Notes under the pieces: generated by a model
Databases searched by the model: none
What the model was told of the DNA's origin: nothing
What the model saw: only the letters and a program-made list of their open reading frames with translations
Translations under genes and position numbers: made by a program
Shown here: positions 1 through 11,770 of the stretch, in pieces
Layout: every line of letters starts with the position of its first letter
Numbering within the stretch: position 1 is the first letter of the stretch
Source: Trypethelium eluteriae
Taxonomy: Eukaryota
Assembly: GCA_051942245.1 (NCBI GenBank)
Contig: JAVECL010000063.1
Coordinates: 45,128-65,127, forward strand
DNA length: 20,000 nt
Reading direction: 5' to 3'

Positions 1-99
1 TTTGAAGTACTTGGGGTACTACTCAAACTATCGTCAGGCCAAGATACTGGGTATAGTATCTTTTATGGTATAGCTCTTCGCTCCGGTCTCTATACCATA
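1..99. repeat. Three adjacent short inverted repeats (potential hairpins)
   Basis: TTTGAAGTAC / GTACT..TCAAA (1-27, with a 2-nt bulge); AAGATACT / AGTATCTT (41-48 and 55-62, perfect 8 bp); TATGGTATAG / CTATACCATA (64-73 and 90-99, perfect 10 bp). Confidence 0.6.
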
Positions 100-618
100 T
101 TAGATTCTACGCCTTTCAAAGTTCACGAATAGGAATCAAAGCCAAAAAAAGACCAGAAATGGTAAATTGAGCGGGATTGTACGACATGTGAGTCTACGCT
201 GCATTGGAACAATGCTCAAAACAAAGCATTCTGCTGATCATTTTCTTATTCCAGGTATTGCCGGCGTTCTCGGGCAGCGTGCAATCCACAACGGCGAACA
301 TTACCGAAACACCTGCCAAACTGTATCATACAACCGACAGCTTAGCGATGCAAGCACCATCCATTGCATGCTGGAGAAGGTAGAACCTGCATTGTCGGCG
401 ATTCTTGCCTGAATTGCGGCGCTGCTAGCACTGCATGCTATTTGCATGGGTCATCGACATGTCTATCAGATCACAGATGCGAAGTCATCATTGCTTCAGT
501 GTCATAGCGTGCTCTACATTTTGATGCCATCATAATGATTCAGAGGAAATGCCAACTGGGATATGAATGGCAACCGCACCACGTGAAATCTTCTGGTAAC
601 CTCTGTAGCTAAACCACT

Positions 619-3600
619 ATGGACGATCTCATCCAATCAACTCCTTTCATGCCTCCCAATCGCGAAATCATTGTCTTCGGCGATTTGACCTATAGTTTCC
701 AGCGAGATCTGCAGCAACTCTTGCACATCAAAGACAACGCCCATCTTGCGGACTTTTTCAGCCGAGCCTCTTTTGCCCTTCGCCGCGAATTCGCCTTACT
801 ATCGCAGCAGGAGCAAGAATGGCTACCGAGATTTACTAACCTAGTGGATCTTCTTGAAAATGTGGATGGAACCAAAGGAGCCCCCGCTCTACGATTTTCG
901 CTCCTTTGCTTGTATCAGATAGGACGTTTCATTGGGTGAGACTGTACACGAACTTTGACGCACAATTAGCTAAGAAATAACTTATAGTCATTTTGGGAAG
1001 CCTATTACGGCGTATCCTACTCCAGAGAGCACTCTTTTACTTGGGCTTTGCACCGGATCCTTTGCCGCAGCTGCCATTTCAACTTCTCAGACCACTGCTG
1101 AGCTCGTCCCAGCTGGTGTAGAGGCGGTCATACATGCCTTCCGAACTGCTCTCTACTCATTCAAGCTTCAGCAAGACCTGGACCAGTCATCTTCCGTTAC
1201 ACCACAATCGTGGTCCCTATTGGTCAGCTTGTCTGAGCAACATGCTGCTGAATTGATTGAGCATGTTGTCACTGAAAAGGTAACTAAAGCGTCTGTAATG
1301 AGACTTTTACTCGTCTGAATTATGTTAGGGCATGCCGAAGAGACATCATCCATTTATCAGTGCAGTCAGTCCTAGCAACGTCACTATCAGTGGGCCACCA
1401 GGGAGCCTCGAGGACCTGTTAAGCTCTATGACACCAAAAGCTCATTTTTTGCCTTCTATTGAAACGCCCTTTCATGCCCCACATCTCTACGGGCCTGGAG
1501 ATGTGGAGGAAGTGCTTGGAGATCTGGTGAATCAAACCCTCCAATCATATAAGCTCCGGATTCCCGTCTTATCTCCAGCATCTGGGACTTTGATTAAAGA
1601 AAGTAGTTTCCGAGCCCTCTTGCGTCAAGCTGTCCACGATGCGTTATGTGAGCAGATTCGATGGGACAACATTCTTTCTGCCTGCGTAGATCAAATTTCC
1701 GGGAACGAGGTTTGCCAAGAGTGCACTATCATGCCTTGCGCTTCCAATGCTGCCACACTTCTTTCCACAACACTAAGCTCTATCAACGGCAAAACAATGT
1801 CAATCAGCAATGCCTTGAATGGCAGCATTGAGAATATCCAGCCTAGCGTAAATACTGGCCGATTTGGAGATTCCAAAATTGCTGTTGTCGGCTTCTCTGG
1901 TCGCTTTCCGGATGCAGCTTCTAACGAGGAGTTCTGGCAACTGTTGCGATCCGGTAAAGATACGCATTCTACTATTCCAAAAGACCGCTTCGACTGGGAG
2001 GCGCACTTCGATTCGACTGGAGCAAAAAAGAACACCAGTCGAGTCAAATACGGCTGCTTTATCAACGAACCAGTAAGTCGATAACATGCTAGCCACTACT
2101 TGTGTACCAATCCTTAGATAGGGCATGTTTGATGCGCGCTTCTTCCGCCTATCTCCACGAGAAGCTGAGGATACCGATCCAGCGCAGCGTCTGGCTTTAA
2201 TGACGACCTATGAAGCGCTGGAGATGGCTGGATTTGTTCCGGACCGTACACCTTCATCACAACGTGATCGTGTTGGTGTCTTCTTCGGAACAACTAGCGA
2301 TGATTGGCGTGAGGTAAACAGCGGTCAAGATGTGGGCACCTATTTCATTCCCGGGGGCAACCGTGCATTTGTACCAGGCCGCATCACGTATGTGTCTCTC
2401 TATTTCTCGGGCTGTCTTATAACTCACGCTTACTCAGTTTCTTTTTCCGTTTCTCTGGACCAAGTATCAGCGTGGACACTGCATGTTCCTCTAGTTTTGC
2501 GGCTCTACACACTGCATGTCAATCTCTATGGCAGGGAGGATGCGATACTGCCATAGCCGGCGGTACAAATGTTCTTACAAATCCAGATAATTTCGCCGGC
2601 CTCGATAGAGGACATTTTCTCTCGACGACCGGAAACTGCAATCCATTCGATGACGATGCCAGTGGCTATTGCAGAGCAGACGCTGTTGCTTCTTTAGTAC
2701 TGAAACGCCTCGAAGACGCCGAAGCTGACAACGATCCTATTTTTGGTGTTATAGCTGGCGTAAACACTAATCACTGTGGCCAGACAGTATCTATTACCCG
2801 GCCACATGAAGGTGATCAACTTTCCCTCTTCAAACGCATCCTTCGACAATCTAACACCAACCCAATCGATGTCAACTATGTTGAAATGCACGGCACAGGC
2901 ACTCAAGCTGGAGACGCTGCAGAAATGTCATCAGTTCTTACAGCCATGGTCCCCGGCTGCGAACGTATGCCTGGCCATCCTTTGCATTTGGGAGCAGTCA
3001 AGGCAAACGTTGGCCACGCCGAGTCTGCTTCTGGTGTGTCCGCAATGATCAAAGTTCTTATGATGATGCAGCATAACGAGATACCCCCTCACGTGGGCAT
3101 TAAAAATAGAATTAATAAGAATTATCCCCTCAACCTTGCGGAGCGTAATGTTAATATTGCATTCAAGCCCACGCCGTGGAGAAGAGCTGATTATCCAGGT
3201 AGGAAACGTATTAGTTTCTTGAACAACTTCAGTGCTGCTGGCGGCAATACAGCTGTCCTACTTGAAGATGCACCTGAGCGTCAGGAATATGATCTAGGAA
3301 GTGATGTTCGAACATTGCATCCTGTGGTTGTCTCAGCGAACAGCTCAACGTCACTCAAAGCGAGCGTGACTTCATTGTTGAGGTACCTTGACGAGAATCC
3401 GGATACGTCTCTTCCGGCTTTGTCGTACACGACGACTGCCCGCCGGTCTCACCACAAGTTCAGAGTGTCATTGGCAAGCACCGATGTTGGCGAACTTAAG
3501 AGTACCCTGCAGCGCCGTCTGGAGAACGACGAAATTGCGTCTGCCATTCCGGCTGGAAAAAAGCTTCCTCGCGTGGCATTTGCATTCACTGGCCAAGGAA

Positions 3601-6600
3601 CGCTTTATGTTGGTCTTGGAAAAGAGCTTTATGAGACGATCAGTTCCTTCAGACAGGACATCCTGCGTTTCGATCGTATCGCACAGCAACACGGTTTTCT
3701 GAGTTACCTACCACTCATTACATCAGATCCCAATGAGTTCAATGTCGAAGACGTTGACACTGTTAGAGCCCATATAGCACTTGTCTGTGTACAAATGGCT
3801 CTATATCGCTTATGGGTGTCGTGGGGCATTGTCCCAAGCCTTGCCATTGGGCACAGTTTGGGAGAATATGCGGCACTTTATGCAGCCGGAGTGCTAAATG
3901 CCAGCGATACGATTTATCTTGTTGGTTCCCGTGCAGAGCTCTTAACACTTCATTGCACCAAGGGGAGTCATTCCATGCTCGCAGTCAAGGCCCCTCCCAG
4001 TGCCGTGAAACGGACAATTTCACTCACCTCCTGCGATATAGCCTGCGCAAACTCGCCAACCAATACCGTTATCGCTGGATCAAGCCATGAAATCGATCGC
4101 GTTTCAGGCACTTTACGTGAAGAAGGACTCGAATGCGTTCCACTCAGCATTCCGTATGCCTTTCATTCCGCACAGGTTGAATCCTGGTCCCAGAGATACG
4201 AGGGTGTAGCTAGCAAGATAAAGTACCACGCACCTACTGTACCATACATATCGCCACTACTGGAAAGGACTGTCCTGGTGGATGAAGCTGGCGTTTTGAA
4301 CGGGACATACTTAACACAAGCCTGTCGAGCTACTGTAAACTTCTCTGGAGCTATCGAAGCTGCAAGGGACGCTGGAGCTGTTAACGGAGAAACGAGTTGG
4401 CTCGAAATTGGATCGCATCCAGCTTGCTCCACCTTCATTAAGCATATACTCGGATCGCAAACCATCACTTTGCCATCTCTCAGACAGGGCACAGATCCGT
4501 GGCGGACTCTAGTCCCCACTATACAGACATTCTATCTTAGTGGGCTCGAGATTCATTGGGATGAGTACCATCGTAATTTCCCTACTGCACACCAAGTACT
4601 TTCCCTCCCAAGCTACAAGTGGGAGTTGAAAAATTACTGGATCATGTATCGAGGAAACTTCTGCCTTTCCAAGGGCGACGAACCAGTGCCTACGCAGAAG
4701 ATTACCGGAGCTACCCCGGCTTCCTACTTATCCTCTTCAGTACATCGTGTTCTTGAAGAGTGCCATGAATCGGATAAATCAACATTGCTTACAGAATCTG
4801 ACATTCACGATCCACGCCTCTATTCCATCTTTGAGGGCCATAAGGTTAATGGCGCAATTCTGTGTCCATCGGTAAGTTTTCGTCTATTAAGGGGAGATCG
4901 GAACATCGCTAACCGACTTAGTCGCTTTACGCCGACATGGCTCTCACGGTCGTACGGTACATGCTACGGGCGAACGACATGCCAGCCGATGATATAGGAT
5001 TGAACTGCGCAGAAATGAGGACCGAACGCTCTCTGATTGCGTCTCCGGATTCTAAATCTCAGTTGCTCCGGGTCTCGGCATCTGCAGACTGGGCTCGAGG
5101 TATTGTGTCGATTGCATTCTTCTCAGCCAGTACAGATTCGCGGAAGATTGCCGACCATGCGACATGTACGGTGAAAGTCACCCAGGCTCCAGCTGCTCTC
5201 TGGTTGCAGGAGTGGAAGCGACTGGCTCACCTCATATGTGGAAGGATATCTTCACTGCAGAAAAGTGTCGATGATGGCCATTCCCACAAGCTGAAACGAG
5301 GACTAGCTTACAAGCTCTTTAGTTCTTTAGTCGACTACGGCAATAGTTACCAAGGTATGCAGGAAGTAGTTCTAAATACCGAGGGATTAGAGGCTACTGC
5401 ACGGGTTGTCTTCCAAGTTGGGGATGAGGGTTTTTCCTGGAACCCCTGCTGGATTGATAGTCTTGGACATCTTGCCGGCTTTATCATGAATGGCAATGAC
5501 AATATCCACTCCAAAGATGACGTATTTATCAACCATGGCTGGGGTGCTATGCGATGCGCAAAAGCATTTGAACACGGGAAAGTGTACCAAACATACAATA
5601 AGATGGAACCGGAAGACGAAAAAAGCAGTATGTATGTCGGTGACACGTACATATTGGAAAATGGCGCAATTGTAGCCATTTTTGAAGGAGTAAAGGTACA
5701 TTACTGGGCCTTCTCCCGAAGTGACATTATCGCACTGACTGCTATTAGTTCCAACGCATTCCCCGCTCTGTTTTAAACCGTATGTTACCGCCAACGGCTC
5801 GACCAAACGTTACGGCGGTTCAGCAGCGCCCAGTGAAGGCTCAATCAATGTCCATGCCAGAACCCAAAACACCGCTTCCTAAACAGAGGATTGCGGCGGC
5901 ACCCGTTCAGAATACCTTAATTACTCGGCTGAAAGCAGTCATTTCTGAGCAGGCTGGTATCGATATTGCCGAATTGGATTTGGACACTCCATTCGCTGAT
6001 TTTGGTATCGACTCTCTGTTGTCACTAACGGTTTCTAACCGCCTCCAAGACGAACTTGGATTGAACCTGTCGTCTTCAGCTTTTGTTGAGTTCCCTACCT
6101 TGCACGACATGATCGGTCATGTTGCCCCGTTTGAGTCCGTATCGCCATCCACTTCAGGCATTCCGACAGGCACTTTAACACCGAGCCCACGGAGCGATGA
6201 AGATGACTTTGAGGGAGATGACACTGATGCTACTTCAGTAGATGAAGAGCCGGACGTTATAGCTACGGTCCGCGAGATCATCGCAGAACAGGTCGGCGTT
6301 GGCGTCGAAGAATTGAACATGAGCACAGATCTATCCGAACTCGGTATTGACTCTCTCTCATCGTTAACCATTATCGGAAAACTCAACGAGATCGGTATCG
6401 AGGCTCCCTCAAGTCTTCTAGTTGAGAAAAGTACTCTACAAGAAATTGGAGAGATACTATTGCCAAAAACAACGCCGTCCAAGCCGCAGGCTTCGGATCG
6501 ACCAGCAGTGCAACAAGATAGGACGCAAAATGACTCTGCTCCAATTGAACAAGACAGGATGCCTGATTATCCAACTCTGGCCGCCCTGGACGGGCCTCCG

Positions 6601-7386
6601 TATGCAACCTCTGTCCGACTTCAAGGCTCTTCGAAGAATCCCGAAAAGACTCTGTTTCTTTTTCCCGATGGGGCAGGATCGGCAACCTCATATACATCAT
6701 TACCTACAATTTCTTCTACTATAGTTGTGTTCGGTCTCAACTGTCCATGGATGAAGACACCACAAGACCTACGCTGCTCCCTTCCGCAATATGTTTTGAA
6801 GTTTATTAAAGAGATCCGGCATAGACAACCCATTGGACCCTACTACTTTGGCGGTTGGTCTGCCGGTGGGATTCTGGCTTACGAGGCCGCGCAGCAACTG
6901 CTACGAGAGGGCCAGACAACGGCAAAGCTCATTCTGCTTGACTCTCCGGATCCGATCGGCATCCAAAGTCCTCCGCAGCGCATGTATGACTTCTTGGAGT
7001 CAATGGACATGTTCGGGCTAGATGGTCGAGAGCCCCCAAGCTGGCTGCGACCTCATTTTGCGGCATTTATTACGATGTTGGACCAATACTGCCCCGTCCC
7101 GTTCTCAGCGAAGACCAGCTCTACGACGCACCTCATATATGCACGTGATGGGCTGTGCAAGAATCCTGGCGACCCACGTCCGGAGGTGCGACCGGATGAT
7201 CCACGCGAGATGCACTGGCTGCTCAACAACCGGACCGACTTTAGCGGTGGCGGCTGGAGAGATCTGGTGGGACCCCAGAACTTGCGGGTCAGTGTGGTAG
7301 ACAACGCCAACCACTATACGATGCTAGCCAAGGATAATAGTGCGCGGGCGGTAGCTAAGATCATTGCAGATTGCTTATCCATTTGA
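619..7386 (+). CDS. Non-reducing iterative type I polyketide synthase, SAT-KS-AT-PT-ACP-ACP-TE/CLC (aromatic polyketide/pigment type); exons 619-935, 988-1279, 1329-2072, 2122-2387, 2438-4871, 4922-5695, 5749-7386; about 2154 aa
   Basis: Six GT..AG introns of 49-53 nt join the ORFs into one open frame of 6465 nt. Motifs: SAT GLCTG (1043-1057); KS DTACSSS (2475-2495), HGTGTQAGD (2889) and [20 protein letters not shown] (3849) and YAFHS; PT dyad contexts [12 protein letters not shown] and DSLGHLAGF; two ACP GIDSL sites (Asp codons at 6010 and 6349); TE GWSAG (6853), LLDSP and NHYTM. No KR, DH, ER or C-MeT motifs seen. Confidence 0.97.
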
Positions 7387-8017
7387 GGTTATGTGCGGGA
7401 TTATAGGTGAAACTGTAGCTGAGAGAGGCTAACCTAAATGACATGGTAATAGGAAGACGCTAAGGAACCGATAAGCGAACGCCTGAATGGAGCAGTATTG
7501 AGGGTCTACGAAGTCGTTCAACACACTTTCGGTTAGAGGACCATTAGAATTTATCATTGCATAGATCGAGGCGGTCTTAGGCTTACCATAGAGTATAGCA
7601 GCAATATACAAAAGTATAGAGGATAACGGTTTTCGAAAGAGAAGACAATAATTGGGGAATCGTATGAAACTAGTAGGGAATTTTCTCATGTACTCCGTAT
7701 AACACGACTGCAATACAGGGGCAGAGTGGCATTGTCCAGGTTCTCACAGGAGCCGCCCAGATTCTCCATAACGATTCTTCTTATTCAGAACGCGATCCCT
7801 ATCCCTGAGTCTTTCGATGACTGCAATTTACCGGAAGAGGTGAGCACGATACCACGAAGAGTAACGTACGGTGCAGGTAGGGGGCTAGACTTTTCTAGAC
7901 TGCATCAAGGTCAAGGTTCTTGGACAGCTTTGATTGGCGGAGAATCGGCAGACGGTAGTTAAAGTATTCCTCTTGTCCACCCCCTCGGCTACATTTTCCA
8001 GCCGCGCTCACCGGTCT

Positions 8018-8050
8018 TATATAAATGCCGAGAGGAAGCAGTCTATATAA
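8018..8050 (+). promoter_or_regulatory. Candidate TATA boxes of the carboxylesterase gene
   Basis: TATATAAA at 8018-8025 and TATATAA at 8044-8050, about 80-110 nt upstream of the ATG at 8131. Confidence 0.5.
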
Positions 8051-8130
8051 TTATTCAGGTGGTGCGCGGAAATGATTCGTATGAGTTGGTTAAGAGCTGG
8101 GTAGAGGTTCCCGCCCAACAAATAAGCAAA

Positions 8131-9835
8131 ATGGCCTTCCTTACTGTCTTCATTTCACTTTTGTTAGTTTTCGAATGTTTCTCTTCAGCTGTCAAAATTT
8201 CTCTTTCCAATGGTGCAGTAAATACTACAAATGGGTTCATTATCGGGCATGCAGCCCGTAATCGTAGTGATGTCGTTGAGTATCTTGGAATTCCATATGC
8301 CCAACCTCCACTTGGTCAACTTAGATTCGACGCACCTCACCCATACAATCAAACCGGAACTTATAATGCGTCCAACTACTCGTCTGGATGCCCTTTCACA
8401 CCGCCGCAGCCTTTCGCATATCCGAATGCGACTCCACAAGAACCCCGAATCTTATCCGCTTTCAACACCGCCAACGGACAGTCCATCGGCGAAGACTGTC
8501 TGACCTTGAACATCTGGGCAAAAGCAGAGAGTGACCGCAAAAGGCCAGTCCTCGTCTTTTTCTACGGTGGCAGTGAGTTCCTTCCCTCAACTCTTCCCAA
8601 GCCTCTCCCCCAGAACTAATCCGCGCTGCATAGAATTCGACTTCGGCGGCACCAACACCCCCTTCTACAACGGGCAATACCTCGCCTCCGCGCAAGACGT
8701 CCTCGTCGTCACCCTCAACTACCGCACCAACATCTTCGGCTTCTCCGGCGCGCCCGGTCTGCCCCCCAACGTCGGCCTCCTCGACCAGCGCCTCGCCGTC
8801 GAATGGATCCGCGACAACATCGCCTCCTTCGGCGGCAACTCCTCCTCCATCACGCTCTTCGGCCAGTCTGCCGGCTCCGCCGCCGTCGATTTCTGGGCGT
8901 ATGCCTACCCGGACGACCCCATCGCGCACGCGCTCATCTCGCAGTCGGGCGTCGCGACGAGCTTCCCGCTGAACTCGGCCGCAGTGGCGCAGGCGCACTG
9001 GTACAATGCGAGCGCCGCGCTGGGCTGCGGCGACAGCGGAGACGTCCTGCCGTGCGTGCGGAGCAAGAACTGGACGGAGGTCGAGGCGGCGGGACATGCG
9101 GTGGCGGGGGTGCCGCCACCTATTCCGGGCCGCTCGGAGCCGCCGTTCCAGCCGAGTCCCGATGGCGTGCTGGTGTTTGATGATTATCCTGAGCGCTCGG
9201 CGAAGGGCCAGTTTGCGAAGCTGCCGTATTTGGCGGGGAATAATAATTATGAGGCGGCGTACTATGAGATTGTTGCGTATGGCGCGGGGACGATTCTGAC
9301 GGCTGCGCAGTGGGATACGTTCATTTTGGATGTTTTTACATGTCCTACTGGAAGCGAAATGAGGAACCGGACGAGTGCCGGTGTTCCAGCCTGGCGTTTC
9401 AGATATTTTGGGGACTGGGATAATTTAAGGCTATTTCCCGGGAGCGGGGCCTACCACGGGAGTGATCTGGAGATGGTTTTTGGGGCTAGCCAAGACGTAA
9501 CTGGATTGCCAGAGAGCGCGCCAGAGATGCAGATGCAAAGGCTGTTCATGAAGGCCTGGGCTACTTTCGCCGAAGATCCGGTGAATGGTTTGGTTGATGT
9601 GTTGGGATGGCCAAAGTACAACCCTAACGGTAAGTTCAATCCCGCGATATCGATGCATAGTCGTCAGTAGCTAGATGAGAAGCAGCCATAACACAGAATA
9701 GTACGCTCATAGCTAATATCGTTTGACGCAGGTTCTACATTGATCCGACTTGGGTACAATAACACCCCTACCGCTGAGTTTGTGCATCCAATGCTCTACG
9801 ATAGTCCTTGCGCCAGTCTAAACCAGACAAGCTGA
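8131..9835 (+). CDS. Secreted carboxylesterase type B (COesterase/cholinesterase-like alpha/beta hydrolase); exons 8131-8572, 8634-9629, 9732-9835; about 513 aa
   Basis: Signal-peptide-like start MAFLTVFISLLLVFECFSSA. Family motifs YLGIPYAQPP, EDCLTLNIW, FYGG oxyanion loop, VTLNYR, GLLDQRLAVEWIRDNIASFGG, nucleophile FGQSAG, acid in GNNNYE and His in AYHGSDL. Introns 8573-8633 (gtgagt..ctaat..tag) and 9630-9731 (gtaagt..gctaat..cag) keep the frame open to TGA at 9833-9835. Confidence 0.95.
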
Positions 9836-10433
9836 TGTGGCTTAGCTCGAATAATACAGAAGTGAATAACGCAGACACACGCATGTCGCACCATCGTGAA
9901 AATCCCAATCTGTAAACAGCGAGGGCACAAATCATCCGCGAAATCTTAACTGTTGCATTCGTACGCCAAAATGGCTACGGCTATTGGTTTGCTGCCTTGA
10001 TCACATGAGTCCAGCGACTTTCCTAGCAGTATTCCAAGCTCGGTGCGACCTTTCCTTCTCACCCTATTCTTTTGTGGGCCATCCCCCACAAGATGTTAGG
10101 GATAATTTTACCGTTGGATACAGAGTTATGATTTACTGCCTGATAGACGTATGTCAAGTATACCGATCATGGGATACAGGTGGCAATTGTCACAGATGCA
10201 CCTCGTAGAACTATTCACTAGTAAGGTCTATGTGAATGGGTCGGATGAACTTCTTGAAGCTTCTTTGAACTGAGCGAACGTGACTTCTTATGTTTGGAAT
10301 GAGTGTCTTGATTGATCTGTTCAGACTTCTTCCACTGAAAGCCAAGGAAAACCACTACACCATTATCTGTATGTCAAACTCGCAAATCCCTTGACATGCA
10401 ACCAAGATTACCGTCTTTCAAACTTAGTTCAAG

Positions 10434-11770
10434 CTACGTGGTAAAGGCAACGGCTCTCCTTCTACTTCTCGTTTTGAACGAAAAGGCATGCTTCAGTTTC
10501 TCACTTGCGGATGTCCCAAATGTGGAGAACCGCTTGCTTTTGCTTCCACCAGTCTCTGGCCTCTCCGGTGGAGTGATCCACTCAATCTCGCCTACCTTAG
10601 CCTTTTTATCGTCCGACGCAATACGGAAGTTGCGTTGGTTAAGTATGGCTGATAATCCGAGGAATGCTAAATGGACTGTAGTACGAATAGAGCACTTTTG
10701 GGCAGAAGAATATAACATACAACGCACCGAAGGAGTCTGCAGCGTCGAAAGCATCGGCTGCATCCAATGTTGCCACTCGGTACCATCCGTTTGGCTCGCC
10801 CTCATTGCCTCCTGGTATATCTGGTACGCGTTAACTATGACTCTATGAGACGGAAATGTGGCGTGTCGAGCGCATACTTATAACTTTTGTAAGATGACAG
10901 AACTGTTATCCTCATGAGTATGGTAGCTTCAGAGATTATTCTCATCAACTCACTTCATGAAATAGGGTAAGACTTAGTAGGTCATCCATGTCCACTAAAG
11001 TATCCTTGGTGAAATCTTCCCTCTCGGGATAAGCGCTGAGCAAGGCCGGCGCAGGCAGTGAAAAAGTTCTATCGCATACCTGTGAAAGTAAGGGTACTAT
11101 TAGTCAAGTCACGAGATTGAATCATTGAAGACCTACTGTGATGACCTCTCTATCGGGATTCTGATCTGTAGCTTCGTCTGGGCGGTCTTTGTATTTGTAT
11201 GTCTGAGCCAAAGTTTCGACAGGATCCTGACATCCTCTAGAACCTATTCTGCGAAATACTTGATTTAGATGATCCCAGTAATGTGCTTGATCGAATGGTC
11301 TTTTGGGATTCTTGTTTTTTTTTTGCCAGCACCTGGGACGTCGGGTGCACGTTGCCAACGCTTCCCATCACCAGGTTTATCATCTGTGGCATCGTTATCA
11401 CAGTAGATACGTACGTCGGAAGATTTTCTGTCATTCGTCTGTGTCATTGCAGAGATTGTATGAAAAGCAGCTGGGAAAAATTGAGTATGGGCGGCAAAGT
11501 AACGGTCAGAGCTCCTTCCTCATGCTTACCCATGACTTTGTTGTATGTACCCTGATTTGATTTATCCACCTTGAAAATCTGCTTGAATGCACTTGCCATG
11601 ACTTGATTATTGCTGTCACTTAGTCTTGAACTACCTTCTGACCCCATTGATTTGACTTCTTGAATGACAGCATCGGTAATCTTCCCCGAAGAAGTAGGGT
11701 CCAGATAAAGTGTTAAGGCTTGACAATGGAAATTAATACATAGCCACAGAAAGGTATACGTTACGATCAT
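10434..11770 (-). pseudogene. Secreted HExxH zinc-metalloprotease-like (M35/aspzincin-like) gene with one frameshift; exons 11770-11530, 11470-11137, 11079-10954, 10902-10878, 10820-10728, 10666-10434; about 350 aa if the frame is restored
   Basis: Hydrophobic N-terminus MIVTYTFLWLCINFHCQA and five canonical GT..AG introns of 51-61 nt. The spliced product reads DVRIYCDND ... EVIT|VCD ... LLSLTLFHE|FCHL ... NGWYRV ... AADSF|AFLGL. Exon total is 1052 nt, one short of a codon multiple, and the frame switches at the A10 run (plus-strand T10, 11315-11324). It may be an intact gene with a homopolymer sequencing error. Confidence 0.8.

Noticed and set aside
167..412. 81-aa ORF upstream of the PKS
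   Set aside because: TTG start, no recognisable motif or splice support; lies in the probable promoter region.
420..600. Candidate transcription-factor sites in the PKS promoter (CACGTG near 580, repeated TGCATG)
   Set aside because: Hexamers this short occur by chance; no clear AflR-type TCGN5CGA site was seen.
4171..4210. Atypical AT-domain stretch [12 protein letters not shown] after YAFHS
   Set aside because: It departs from the usual hydrophobic pattern I recall, but the frame is open and flanking motifs are intact; a compensated frameshift cannot be shown without an alignment.
7429..7962. Short ORFs in the PKS-esterase intergenic region
   Set aside because: Non-ATG starts, no domains and no consistent exon structure.
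8462..9097. 211-aa antisense ORF and other overlapping ORFs inside the esterase
   Set aside because: Expected by-product of high GC3 and few stop codons in this segment; Arg/Gly/Ala-rich translation with no independent features.
10396..10848. 150-aa plus-strand ORF
   Set aside because: Antisense to the last exons of the HExxH gene, which has much stronger splice and motif support.
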